DNA of 64,000 nt from Camelus ferus (lineage: Eukaryota): positions 8,370,001 through 8,434,000 of the forward strand of contig NC_045714.1 of NCBI RefSeq assembly GCF_009834535.1. Reading direction: 5' to 3'. Every line of letters begins with the position of its first letter. The stretch's first letter is position 1. The notes under the pieces are model-generated. The model was not told where the DNA came from and made no database searches. It worked only from the letters and a program-made list of their open reading frames with translations. Both the position numbers and the translations under genes were made by a program. Positions 1 to 11,720 of the stretch are shown piece after piece.

Positions 1-439
1 CTTTGGTCACCCAGCTGAAAAACAGCTGTGCCAGGATTCAAACCCAGGTAGTTTGAGTCTGCAACCCAGTCTCTTAACCACCTCTCTGTACTGCCAAAAT
101 TAGTAGAAGAATATTTGATGACATTTTTGCAGAGGTATATTTTCAAGCTAAGAAAGAGTACTAGCTGAGATGTCGCCTTCCTGGGCTTGTCTGGAGTGGT
201 TCACTTCCGACCCTTCCCTACTTGGACAGCACACTGTGTTGTGTGCTACTTATGTGTAACAAACCAAGTGGTACATAAATTGAAAAAAAAAAAAAAGAAA
301 GAGTGCAGATTATAAAATAGAGTGTTGAACATGAGATGATCCCATTGGGGAAAAAGGAATACATATAGTTATAAAAACATCATAGCTGTTTCCTTAGGAT
401 AGAGAAAGTAACAGAAATGAACCATATGAGATCCCATGT

Positions 440-790
440 CTTTCACTCACCAATTCCAGAAATGGCTCCTACTCTGTACCAGGCACCATGCAAGGTGCTA
501 GAAAAATAGAAGAGGCCCCTTCCTTGCTCCACACATGCTCCAGATATGGGCAGGAAGCGGGAGGGGAGACAGGTAACTAATGGGCAAATGATTTATTTCA
601 ATGAGTAATAAGTACCATGAAGTAGAACAGGATGCAGTGATGCTGAGTGGAAAGGGAAGGGCTCTTTGAGGAGGTGATATTTGGGCCAAGCCTTGAAGGC
701 TGGGAAGGAACTGTCACATGGAGAAGAAGGGAGAGCATGTGTGAAAGCTTTGCAGTAAGAAACAGCCGAGGAACTCTAGTTCGTTCATGC
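440..790 (-). mobile_element. L2 fragment
   Basis: ctactctgtaccaggcacc...gaggaggtgatatttgggccaagccttgaagg. Confidence 0.55.
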
Positions 791-955
791 GTGTGTCTGC
801 AGAGCCCAAGATGGTGCCTGATATACAGTAGGTGCTCAGCTTAGAGATGGCAAATGAGTTGGCCGTGATTGAGGACTGCATTGGAAATGAGGATGGATAG
901 AATCAAGAGCATGCCAACTAAACCCACCACCAAACCGAGTTTCCAGAACACTTAC

Positions 956-1021
956 TTGGTAGCTGGAGTCTTTCCCATTTATTTCTTCCGAGTGGGTGGT
1001 CCCTCCATCCCCTTTCACTGA
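956..1021 (-). CDS. BCAS1: BCAS1 exon, 66 nt SVKGDGGTTHSEEINGKDSSYQ
   Basis: Acceptor tttgctgttttag|TCA, donor CAA|gtaagt; matches human SVKGDGGITHSEEINGKDSSCQ. Confidence 0.95.
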
Positions 1022-1581
1022 CTAAAACAGCAAACAGACAATGGCCTCTCAGCTACCAGAAGCACAGCAACGTGGCGAACGCAACAGAAGTTCTGCAATG
1101 GATGACCTCAGTCATTCATTGTTGAGAGTCGAGGGCAAGGCAAATGGGAGACTGACTAGAAACATATTACTCATGAGACATACACTCTCCATGCGGTCTG
1201 TAACCAGAGTCTGATTAAATTCAAGTGTTGGCCTCTAAAAATAACAACAGTAAAAGTCTTAAATCCTGGAATTAAGTAATTCTGGGATAAATAAATGATG
1301 ATGAAAATACTAATGTTGGAACCAGAAGGTGGTTGAACATATTGAATGAATGAATAAATAAACAATTAAGCCATTGGAAGTGTTATCTACTGGTAACACT
1401 TAAGTGGTGAGTGCTTTGTTGTCGTGTTACCCACCACCCACCCTCACCTCCTGTAGAGAGACGGGTTATGTTGAACATTCTATTTTCCAACCTTTAGCGG
1501 CCCCTGTGGCCAGTGGCATCAGTGACAGGGCTGAATGGGGTTGAACTCACAGCTTTGGCTCCTTCAACCAACAGTCAAAGC

Positions 1582-1752
1582 TAATGGTTCTAAAAGTGTG
1601 TACCGGGACCAGCAGCTTAGGCATCACTTGGGAACTTGACAGTAATACAAACTCTTGAGAACTACACCAGATCTCTGGAGTCAAAAACTCTCAGGGGTGG
1701 GGCCCAGCAATCTGTGTTTTAACCAGCCCTCCAGGTGATTCTGAGGCACGCT
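1582..1752 (+). mobile_element. MER5A hAT-Charlie MITE
   Basis: ggggtggggcccagcaatctgtgttttaac...ccctccaggtgattctga. Confidence 0.8.
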
Positions 1753-4700
1753 TCAGACAAATGCCGACCAATATTGGGGTCTGTAGGTTCAGCTGCGGAT
1801 TTAGTAATGCTTCTCTATGCTTGATGCTTGATAAGAGACCTAAGAAATTTGGCGATTAATCGTTCAGTTCTTATCAACAGTTCAGACTGTGTTCTAATTC
1901 CTGCATATTTTCTCAGTGCTTATGGTCTCCTGCTCCTGGCTATGGAGGGAAGGGATTGTAGGAAGTGAGCGTTAAGCTCTGTGGGGCAAAGAGGAAGACT
2001 TCAGATTCCACGGTTATTTTCTTGGCTATTCTGCTTGTAGACAGCAAGAATCCATAACACTTGCACTAAGAACAGTTAAAAACATCAAAGGCACTCAAAA
2101 CTTTTTTGGCTGATTAATATCACATGCCCCCGCAATCTTAAATTAGCAGAGGTAATGAAAATTATTATTTATGAAGACTAAGTTTTAGTGGAGTGCTTAC
2201 CAAGTGCCCAGAAGTGTACAAAATGAGATAACAACATGTGTTAGTCCATCTATTTATCATGCCAGAATCTTGAGATAGAGGAACAATTTTATTTCTCTTA
2301 TTTCACAGGCAAGAAAATGGAAGCTCTGAGAAACTAGCACGAGTCATGAAACTAGCAGGTTAGGGAGCCATGATTTGTCACTATGGCAACGAGTCCGTAT
2401 TCTGCACTCTTAACCACCCCCTGATAGTACCCCTAGAAGGTAGGAGGTACCAGTCAGCGAATAGATATTTACTGAGCACCTACTACGAAGCTGCCTAATT
2501 AGGAAAAATGATCAGGGCTTGGATAAGATGAAGGTTGAAAATCTCAAATATGGATGTTTGTGGGACATGCCTGTCATCAGGGCACAAATGTGCTCATCTT
2601 TACTGCTTGTTCTCCAGTTCAGAAGTCCTGACTAGGACTGTCAGTGCTTTAACACAGTATGAGAATTCCTAAGTCCCCCGTACCCCTAGAGCAACCTTTG
2701 CAGAGCTAGCCATAGGTTAGAACCTCAATACGTACTTCTCCACTGGTCAGGACTGGAAGAAGTCTTTCCTCAGCCCGAACTCCTGGTGTCCAGAAGTTCC
2801 ACACACTTTTCTTAGCAGATATCATTGCCATGGCCTTCACCAAGCTGTTCAACCCAAAGGCAAATGTGGATCTGTAGGTACGACTGTGCTCAGACGGAAA
2901 GTGGTTTTTGCCTTCCTCTGGGTCTTCTGTCCTGTTGTACAAGGCTCATTTTGCTTGAGAACATTTAGAAAAATAAATGGACTCTCTTGGTGATTCTCTC
3001 TCTCGCCACAGTCAGGTCTCTTAGCTCTTACCCAAAAGTTTTGTCATCTCAGGGTTTCACTGGGCTTCCAGAAACTCAGGCTGTGTTGTAATCGTCCCTC
3101 CTACTCAGACACACTCCGGTAAAGTGTCCTTTAGGTCCTGTCCTTGTGAGCTGGCTATTAGGGAATGTCGAATAGCGAAAAACAGCCAGCCAACCAACCA
3201 GACGAAACGGCTTTTCAGGCAAACCGAATGCTTTTCAGGTGGCATGTTACTCCCCCTAAGGGAGAGAGGTTTTTAATTTCCCTTTAATTGTTTCAATTTG
3301 GTATCATGAGGTAAGTCTGCCAGACTGAGGTTTAAATTGACCTTCTTCTTTCCTCCTTTCCCTGCTAGGAGGAGGTGAATCTGGATTGAGTCAGAAGGCT
3401 CTCTCAACAGCAGTGGACCTAGGCTACCCTCCTAAAAGCAGACCCTCCTGATGCCGGACATCACTGCAAAGAGGTTCCAACTCTTAAAAAAATAAATAAA
3501 TAAAGGAGAATGCCTCAACCCTCTCCATGATTTTTCTCTGTTGTTCATTTTGAGGCATATAAAGCTACATTTATACAAAGGTGACTGCTGAGTTTAGTCT
3601 AAGGGTCTTATTAAGCCCACCTGAGGTGTCTTCAGCAGCTGTTATTGACAATTCCTTCCTTCCTCCCTTCTTTCCTTGTTCCTTCTCTCCTTTGTTTTCT
3701 TTCTTTTAAAAAAAATGTTTTCTTCTTTGTTTTCTATCCCTCCTCTTTCCTCTTTGCAGAGCCCTCCTTCAGGGACAAATTAAGATAGTTCATGTTGGGC
3801 TTTGTATTCGAAGGACCATAAGCACAGAAGCTTATTTTTTCCAGCTGTCAAAAATAACAGAGTTGCTGTTGAAAGAGACTAAAATTCTTTCAGAGACTAT
3901 TTAGTCCTTTAAAGAACAGTTTGAAGACTATTAAGTAATTTCAGAGATTTCCCAGTGTGATACTGAGCAACTTTCCTTACAGAGTTTATTTTCATTCATG
4001 AGAATCAAAGACGAAGCATCTTAGGGCGTCCAGCCTGCAGGGCTGAGATGGGATCTTAGTTGTGAATCCAAGCCTTGCATATTAATGAAGTCACTTCTAA
4101 ATTTCTTTCATTGTGTCAGGCATTCCTATAGCTTGATACTCTGAAGGGTGTTTGAACCACCTCCCATATGTATCACGTAGATAACTCAAAATTCTGGTGG
4201 AAGTGTTTGTTTGGTGGCCAGTTCACCTTTCTTTGAAAGAAATGCAAATGTATTTTGATAGAGATTTAATCCAACTGAAGTCAAGATTTAAAAGAAGAAT
4301 TGGGATGACATTTTAGTTTACTCTGAAGACCTCAGCACGATTATTTACCAGATTAGCCTTATTACAACAAATCCAAGGAACTGGACCTGCTAGAAATTCC
4401 CAGGATAAACAAAGGCTTTGGGTCCAACCTTCGTGCTTTTCCAAGATACTCGCTTGAAATGGAATCGGATGATTCAGACAAAATTACACAGCCTACGTAA
4501 ATCTCATTTTAGTGACAGGCATATTCAGAAAACTCGCGCCCAAGCGCTATGTGAGTCATGCGTTAATTCTTCTTTCTTTTGCCTTGCTGTAATTTCAGGT
4601 AAGTGCAATTTTAGGTAAGCCCAATACATAAAAATGATGCTTCCACGGAAAAGGTTAATAAGAGAATCACAAACACGGAGCTATGGTTGTTCTCTGTTTA

Positions 4701-4775
4701 CTCTCAAAGAACACAGCTGGCAATAATGTGCAGAAAGCGGTAATAACATATGAGTTCAAGGGTGAGCTTCAGCAC

Positions 4776-5020
4776 CACTGAAAACCTGAGTCAGAATTCT
4801 GGCTCTGCCCTTTACCGGCTCTGTGACCTCGGGCGGGTCACTGAGACACTCCGAGTCTTCCTGAGCTCATCTGCACAGTGGGGCAGTAAGAGTGTTCGTT
4901 TCACAGGGTTTTTATCTTCATAAATGAGTTACTGCCGGCCATGTGCTTAGCACAGGGCTGGCTGCATCATTTGCATGCAATAAACAAATGGGAGCCATTA
5001 TTATTATTATTATTACTATC
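4776..5020 (+). mobile_element. MIR with (TTA)n tail
   Basis: ctggctctgccctttaccggctctgtgacctcgggcgggtca core. Confidence 0.65.
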
Positions 5021-6832
5021 AATAGCTGAGACATGTGCCAAATGACTACCGAATCCCCTTTTGGGGTGGGAAGGAATACAAGTCGCTGGTGAAGACAGGA
5101 ATTGCCCAAACAAATGCTACTTTCAGAAACCTCTCCTCAAAGAACAACTCAGTATTCATATTTAGTACTCAGGGAAGAATCTGAGATCAAAAACTTTGGC
5201 TAGAAGACTCTTGGTTTTTGTTTTATAATGAACCTTACAACCCACCTTCTTTTTTCCTCTAGACAGTGCATTTCTGCAGATTTTCTTAGACTTATAGATT
5301 GAATGTAATCAACAAAAACCCTCTGATTTCACAGCTCTCTCATTTGGGTTTTAAATTTGCCCAACATGAAAGCTCACCGTCTTTCTTACCTAAACCGGAG
5401 AAGGTTATTTCAACAAAGACTTTCTTACAAAACTATGGTCTAAAGAAAGAGACAGGAGGAGGATTCAGTGAAACAATGTGTGTGACAATAGTTTGGAGGA
5501 GGAAAGCACTTTTCAAGTGTAAGGTGTTATTAACACTGACAATTTATAAATCTTCATCTCTGCTTTTCCATCTACCACCTTTCTGGTTTCATCTGCCTAC
5601 CTGGTTTGCGGAAACATGAATACAGTTCTCTACCCACTCACTTTGTAAAAATATACTAGTGCTTCAACTATCCAATTTCTTGACATACAGTTGAATTAAT
5701 ACATATAAGAATCTTTTTCTATTTAGGGCATGACAGATGTCTTCGTTATTCCTTGTGATTATTCCGAAAGTCTGCAGGAGCACACGGAATTTTTGTGAAG
5801 TGCTGTACCTACATGTGTCCCGTGTGATGTTAAGATTTATAGGACCCGACTTCCTTTTCCCTGAAATATAATTATTTGAAAAATGATATTCATTCTATTT
5901 TGAATTCTTACGAAAGGTTAACTTTTGGAAAGAGAAAGCTCTCTTTAGAAATGAACTGGGCAATGTATTTATTAAAAAAAACCAAAAAAACCCACTCAAC
6001 CAAGAGGTCCTTTGCCCTGGGAGAGTCAAATATGTTATCTGAAAGAAATTTAAGGGAGGGGAAGGCTAAAAAGTAAGAAATCAATGATCAGATGAATGGA
6101 AACACTGATGACAAAAACAGGGGTGACTCATTTGCAACTAAGTTTTCTCTTCAATTAAATCAATTACTTTAAAAAACTATATTTTGCCAAAAATATCTAA
6201 AATTATTTTAAAACTTTCACTTACTCAATTATAATGCTCAGGCACATACTCAAAGAAAATTTTTTTTAATCCCATAGTGATGGGGCAGATGCCGTCTCTA
6301 TTTTCAAGCACTTAGAGCAGTTTTTTTTTTTTTTAACCTCTGCATAAATCCAAAGACTAATAAATTAGTTTGGAAGCCATGAAATGTTACCTGAAAGTAT
6401 TTCCTGGAAATAACTGCTGAAGCTGACTTCCAGGAGTCTACAGGATGGGGATAGTAACACATGTGCACAAAATCAGTGTACAAGGATGTTCATGCAGGTT
6501 AGTGAGGCAGCTGGGGTCACGTGTGGAAGACACATGGTGTGCGCTCACTGAATGTGGCAGAGGCTTAAAAATAAATCCCTGTTTTCCTAATTAGGCTTTG
6601 TTCTCCATGAGGACAGGGCTCACATCTATTTATGCTCCCTGTAGTATTTCTAGTGCCTGGAATATTGTGGGTGCTTAATAATTAATTATTGATTGAATAA
6701 GTGAATAAATGAAATGTGAAAAGTTGGAAACAAACCAAATGTCCATCAACAGAGCAATGGTTAATCAGAATGTGATCAATCCAGACAATGTGATTCAGTG
6801 AAGTTGTTACAAAGAGTGAGGTGGCACTACAT

Positions 6833-6965
6833 CAGGGGCTGCAAACTCAAATACCCACAGGGATAGGACCAGTAATGTAAATGAGGGAGGTGGGTTCAGT
6901 GTGATACCGGGGAGTGGCGGGGATTGTGGTGAACTGGAAAACCCACGTGCTTCGTGCATTTGAAT
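6833..6965. mobile_element. MER102-like hAT fragment
   Basis: caggggctgcaaactcaaat terminal and ggggattgtggtgaactgga. Confidence 0.5.
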
Positions 6966-8773
6966 TAATCACAATGGTAATATAATATTCTAATGAAAAC
7001 AAAACAGAATGTCAGACAAGAATAATTAGGATTATCTGGAATTTTAGGGGAAACCCCAACAAGCATGGAAGCCTGGGGGTTTAAACCTGAAAAGGAAGCA
7101 ATAATATTCAAGCTCCCAGGCCTAACCCTTTTAATGGGCAACTAGAAAATAAGACCAATGGACATTTGGGGAAAATGTGTCCTTTTTTTAATCCCTATAG
7201 CTGTCCCAGGGAAAATCAATTCCAAAGGACTCTTGTTTCCAATTTGTTCCCCCTAAGAGTTCAGACTCACACAGTTTCTCCTGCTAGAAAATATCCCCCA
7301 GTTGCATACAATGGGTAACTCTGGAGGATGAACTGAAGCATGGAACCTCATTCGAATTTCAGGATTTGTTTTGAATGTATGCAGAGGGTGGTTTGGAGGT
7401 CTTTCACGCTTTACTTGGAGTCTCTTATATTTCCCCCTTTTTTAAATGAAGAAGTCTCATGTTGAGTACTTGGAAGAGAAAGTCATTCTGTTTGCTTTTT
7501 TTTTTTTTTGTATCCCTCAACTCCATCCAGAAATGAGAAAGCTGGATCATCCTCAATGTTATGATGAGCTATTTGGGGATCCCATTTGTAATTCAGATGG
7601 GTTGCCAGAAACAGGCCAAATGTTCTTTTCTTTCCCGACGTTGTGTAAAAATGGATTTTTCAAAAATCTCAAACCTTGATGCCCACGTTCAGGGCCAAAC
7701 TGCAGAGTAAATGGCCAGGAATACAGACGGGGCTCCAGCCATACGGGTCGCCCACCACTTCTTACTCCAACAAGAATCCGACAGCAAAGGAAAAGGATTC
7801 CTGGCAACAATTTCTAAGAGAGTGATTTCTAACACGCCTTCTCTCCCACTGGCAAGGTTTTGTTCTGTTTTGTTTTGTGGACTAGAAAGAATTCCTTAAC
7901 AGGTTGAGCTTGTGAAATGAGAGAGTTGCTTTCTCAAAGGATTATATTCCCAAATATTCCTGAAAATAAAGGCCCATGATGATGAAATTCTTGTTTTTCG
8001 TTAAGAGAGAATTAAACCAATGATCTTTTACTTGGGTTTTTGGTTTTTTGTCTTCCAACCAATCTGGGTCTTATTGCATAATATTATTTAAGTTCCTGGA
8101 TGTTTAGATATTCAATGCATGTGACTCTTCATAGACACGGAAAGATGTCTGCCCACTTTCTATTCAGAAGATTAAACGCATGACAAATCCACCAACAAAA
8201 TTATACATACTCACTATTAGAGAATTACATTGTCATTTCCTTCCTGGAATTATCTATAAACCAGCTTTGCCCAAATTTCTGCCACTCATATGTTCATAAT
8301 CTTTCCAACATCAATATATAACTTGAACTATTTATCACTTAATCCTTTAAAAATGCCTTATGTTCTTTATGTAAATAAACATTTTCAAAGGAAACTGCAT
8401 ATCATTACACAACGAGAAAAGCAGTCTCATTTGCCATAAATGGAAGAAAACTTAAAAAAAAATAATTACAACTGAAAGTAAACAATGATATTAACTTCCT
8501 GGTGGATGCTGTTGTCTGCTGGAGCTCAGGACCCAAAGCCAGCTCCTTCTTTGTTAAAGAGGTGGTCAGTGGAGGTGAGAGAGGTTAAGGAATATGAGCC
8601 TCTGTGATCGAATCACAGGGAAGAAAGGAGATTTTCTCACTGCCCAACTCCTACTCCGTTCCTATTCCATTGACACCACCTAGAAGCACGTCTCGCCACC
8701 TGTGACGTGGGTACTGTGGTCTCGGAGGCTCAGTTCGTATTTCAGTTTCCCTGCCCCGGAGGCAAGGGCTTAC

Positions 8774-8944
8774 CATTTGTCTGAGAAACGCCATCAGGGA
8801 GGGTCTCTGCGGTTTGCGTTCTTCTCTCTTGGGTGTCACTTCCGCGGGTTCAGGTGCGCTATCTCCCTCCTCGCTGAGATCCACTGTGTGTAAGGCTGCG
8901 TCTACCTCCTCGGACTTTACCTCTACTGCTGATTCACACACCAC
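8774..8944 (-). CDS. BCAS1: BCAS1 exon, 171 nt VVCESAVEVK...RPSLMAFLRQM
   Basis: Acceptor aataatccag|GTG, donor ATG|gtaagc; phase 0/0; core of ORF 8651..8968. Confidence 0.95.
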
Positions 8945-9815
8945 CTGGATTATTTTGCCAGGTAACAAGACAGTGAAAAGAAAAAAAAAAACACCCCCAA
9001 AACATGCTTTATAAAGTCAGGTCCTGGTTGCCCCTTGTTACACAGCAGCTACAGGCTGGAGTCTTATGGCCATTTCTCCGCGGGCACAGTCTTTGAAGAG
9101 AAACACTCACATCATATCACGTGCTCTCCGAATACGCTGGCATGGACGTGGCAGCATGCCTGCCCGACGAAGGTACAAGGCTTAGACCTTAGGTCAGGGC
9201 GGCCCTTCAGAGCATCCTCAGCACCACTTCCAATCTAAGAGACCCACCTGTTTGGTCTGCCATTCAGGTGAACACACCTGGCCTGTGTAAAAACCGGGAG
9301 CAATCATTTCCTTGAGGGTCCAACCTTAGAGATGGGGGCCGTGACGCCGTCCAGTCCTCACCCTGGCTCCCCTGGGGATGCTGGAGAAACTGTGCTCTTT
9401 GCAGAAAGGATAGTGTGAAAGCAATGGGCTCGACTTCCTCGTGAACTCATGTCCCACCTCTCCCCAGCCCAGTCACTTGCTCTTGTTCCTTAACTGAAGT
9501 TCCTGCTTTCAGAAACAAGATAAACTTGGCAAGAAAACTATTGCTAAGTTCCTTAAGGCCCCCAGCGAGATCCTGAGTGAGCTCAGCGCCCTGACTGTCC
9601 GAAGGGATGGGCCAGCACTGGTGAGGGGTGGTTAGACGGGAGGTCCGCTTCACCTGCGCTCTGATTCCAAATTTTGTTCATTTGCGTCACCTCCCTCCCT
9701 GTGTGCTGTGCCCAGTCACGTCTGAGACAGCTTTTGTATCTGCGTTGGTCCCTGAAACACGACAGAGTTAACTGGCTTGGAGAGAGTTTCATAATTTTCT
9801 TTTTGTTTCCTCAGG

Positions 9816-10013
9816 CAAGGTTGGCGAACTACTACCAAATTCATCCCAGAGCCTGTTTCAGGATGGCGCCCGAGCTAAGAATAGATTCTACATTTTTACA
9901 GGGTTGTAAAATTGTTTTAAAAGATGAAAAATAGGCAACAGAGACTATATGTAGCCGGCAAAGTCTGAAACATTTACTACCCAGGCCCTTTACACGAACG
10001 TTTGCCGTCCCTG
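9816..10013. mobile_element. MER58-family MITE
   Basis: TIR-like ends caaggttggcgaact / gtttgccgtccctg; flanks cctcagg / cctcaga. Confidence 0.72.
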
Positions 10014-10789
10014 CCTCAGAGGGACGTGCTCTAGAGCCAAAGGCATCTTGGCATTTGTTTTGGCCGATGCCAGACCCACAGCTTCCTTGGAATCTCATTC
10101 TGTGGGGGAAGGGAACTTAGTCATTTCCAAAAACACAGAGTGATTGTAGAGAAATCATTTCCCTTTCCTTCATGCAGAATATACTATTGGTTTGCACATA
10201 ATCCAGTTGATCTGAATTGAGAAGGACCCTTCATCTTGACCCCATCAGCTCAAGCAGGAAGATGGCCATCAACACATCAGCAGACAGGAACATCCTGAAA
10301 CACGGCAATTAAATCATAGCATCCTCTCCCCACCTTCCATTTCTTAAGATATTGACACAACTTCCAGCATTTCCCCTTTGTCATCAAAGGTCTAGGTTGG
10401 GGAGTTATAAATTCAAAAGTAACCAGGATACAAAGCAAAGGGAGTGATACCAGCGAGGTCTGACCAGGTGTAACACAAGGCGGAGTGGTGGGGACTATGG
10501 CAAACAAAAGTCAAATTGCCCCCATCTAAAGACGTTCAAAGAACAAAGGCACCGGACTGGCCAAACAAAACACGCTTGTGAGGAGGCTTCTGCTGCCGGG
10601 CTGCCCATCTCTGACCCAGGCGTGCCTTTAGGAAACCAGGCAGAGACTGGCACCAAATAAGAAACTGGACTGGTGGTCCAACGTGGTCATGGGCTTCCCC
10701 ATCTAGGCCCGATTTAATGCAACTGCATTTCTGAAAAATAAGCTTCAGCCACGAGAGTCCTGGAGTGAGTCTGAAACGTAGGCAGCCTG

Positions 10790-11290
10790 GCACAGGGGTT
10801 GCGAGTTCACTTTCTAGTGCCAGCCTGCCTGGGCCTAAATCTTAACTCTGCCCCTGAAAGGGGCTCTAAGCCAACGTCTCTACTCAACAGCTCTGTTCCC
10901 TCGTTTCCTCATTTTTCAAAGGGGAGAGTACACACATCAGAAAGTTGTTCTGAGAATTAAATCAGGCAATGCGTGTACAGTTCTTAGAACAGTGCCTGAC
11001 ACTTAACAGGCACTCAGTTAATACCAGTGGTTCTTACGCTAATTGAGAGCCATTTACACCATGGCCATGAATTATCTGGAATCACCCACCATGCACATGT
11101 CCACTATTTGGAGATGTTATTAATAAATATCTCTTACTATGTCAGATGCTGTGCAAGGCATTTTTAATAATTACTTCAGTAAATAGTTACTACTTACTCA
11201 AGACAGTTCAGAGTAAATAACATTATCCCTATCCGACAGATGAAGAATCTGAATGATTGAATGACTTGAAGCAAAGTCACACCACAGGTA
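10790..11290. mobile_element. Two MIRs in opposite orientation
   Basis: cttagaacagtgcctgacac end; acagatgaagaatctga...aaagtcacacc core. Confidence 0.55.
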
Positions 11291-11309
11291 AGAGCCATTT
11301 CAATGAGAG

Positions 11310-11720
11310 TGGAGTTGTTTACCAGTAACTGAATATCTAATCATGACTTAACAAGTAACAATAAGGAATAACAAGTTCGAAAGTAGGAAGTTATGGGCTT
11401 GGCTCAGTGGCTCCACAATATTTCCAAGAAGCTGGGCTCTTTCTATCCTTTGGCTCTGCCATCCTTGTCAGGCTGGATTTTCATCCTTTTATTTGCTATC
11501 TCATGGATCTAGAGTAGCTGCCACAGCTCCAGGCATCACATCTTTAACCCAATGTCCTAAGAAGGAAGGAAGGTCACAGCAAAGTACCTGCTCCAACTGA
11601 ACTTCTGTATTTTGATTCTCTACCTCAGGGTACATTTCATCGGCCAAACGTAGGTCACATCCTTACCCCTAGACTAATTATTGGTGAAAAAAAAGGGATT
11701 ATTGGTTTAGACAAATCACA
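11310..11720. mobile_element. Old MaLR LTR (MLT1K/L-like)
   Basis: ggctctgccatcctt, gctgccacagctccaggcatcacatc, ggtcacat blocks. Confidence 0.65.

Noticed and set aside
956-976. Cys-to-Tyr change in a possible dynein light chain motif (KDSSYQ vs human KDSSCQ-T)
   Set aside because: The residue after Gln lies outside the window, and I cannot confirm this site binds LC8.
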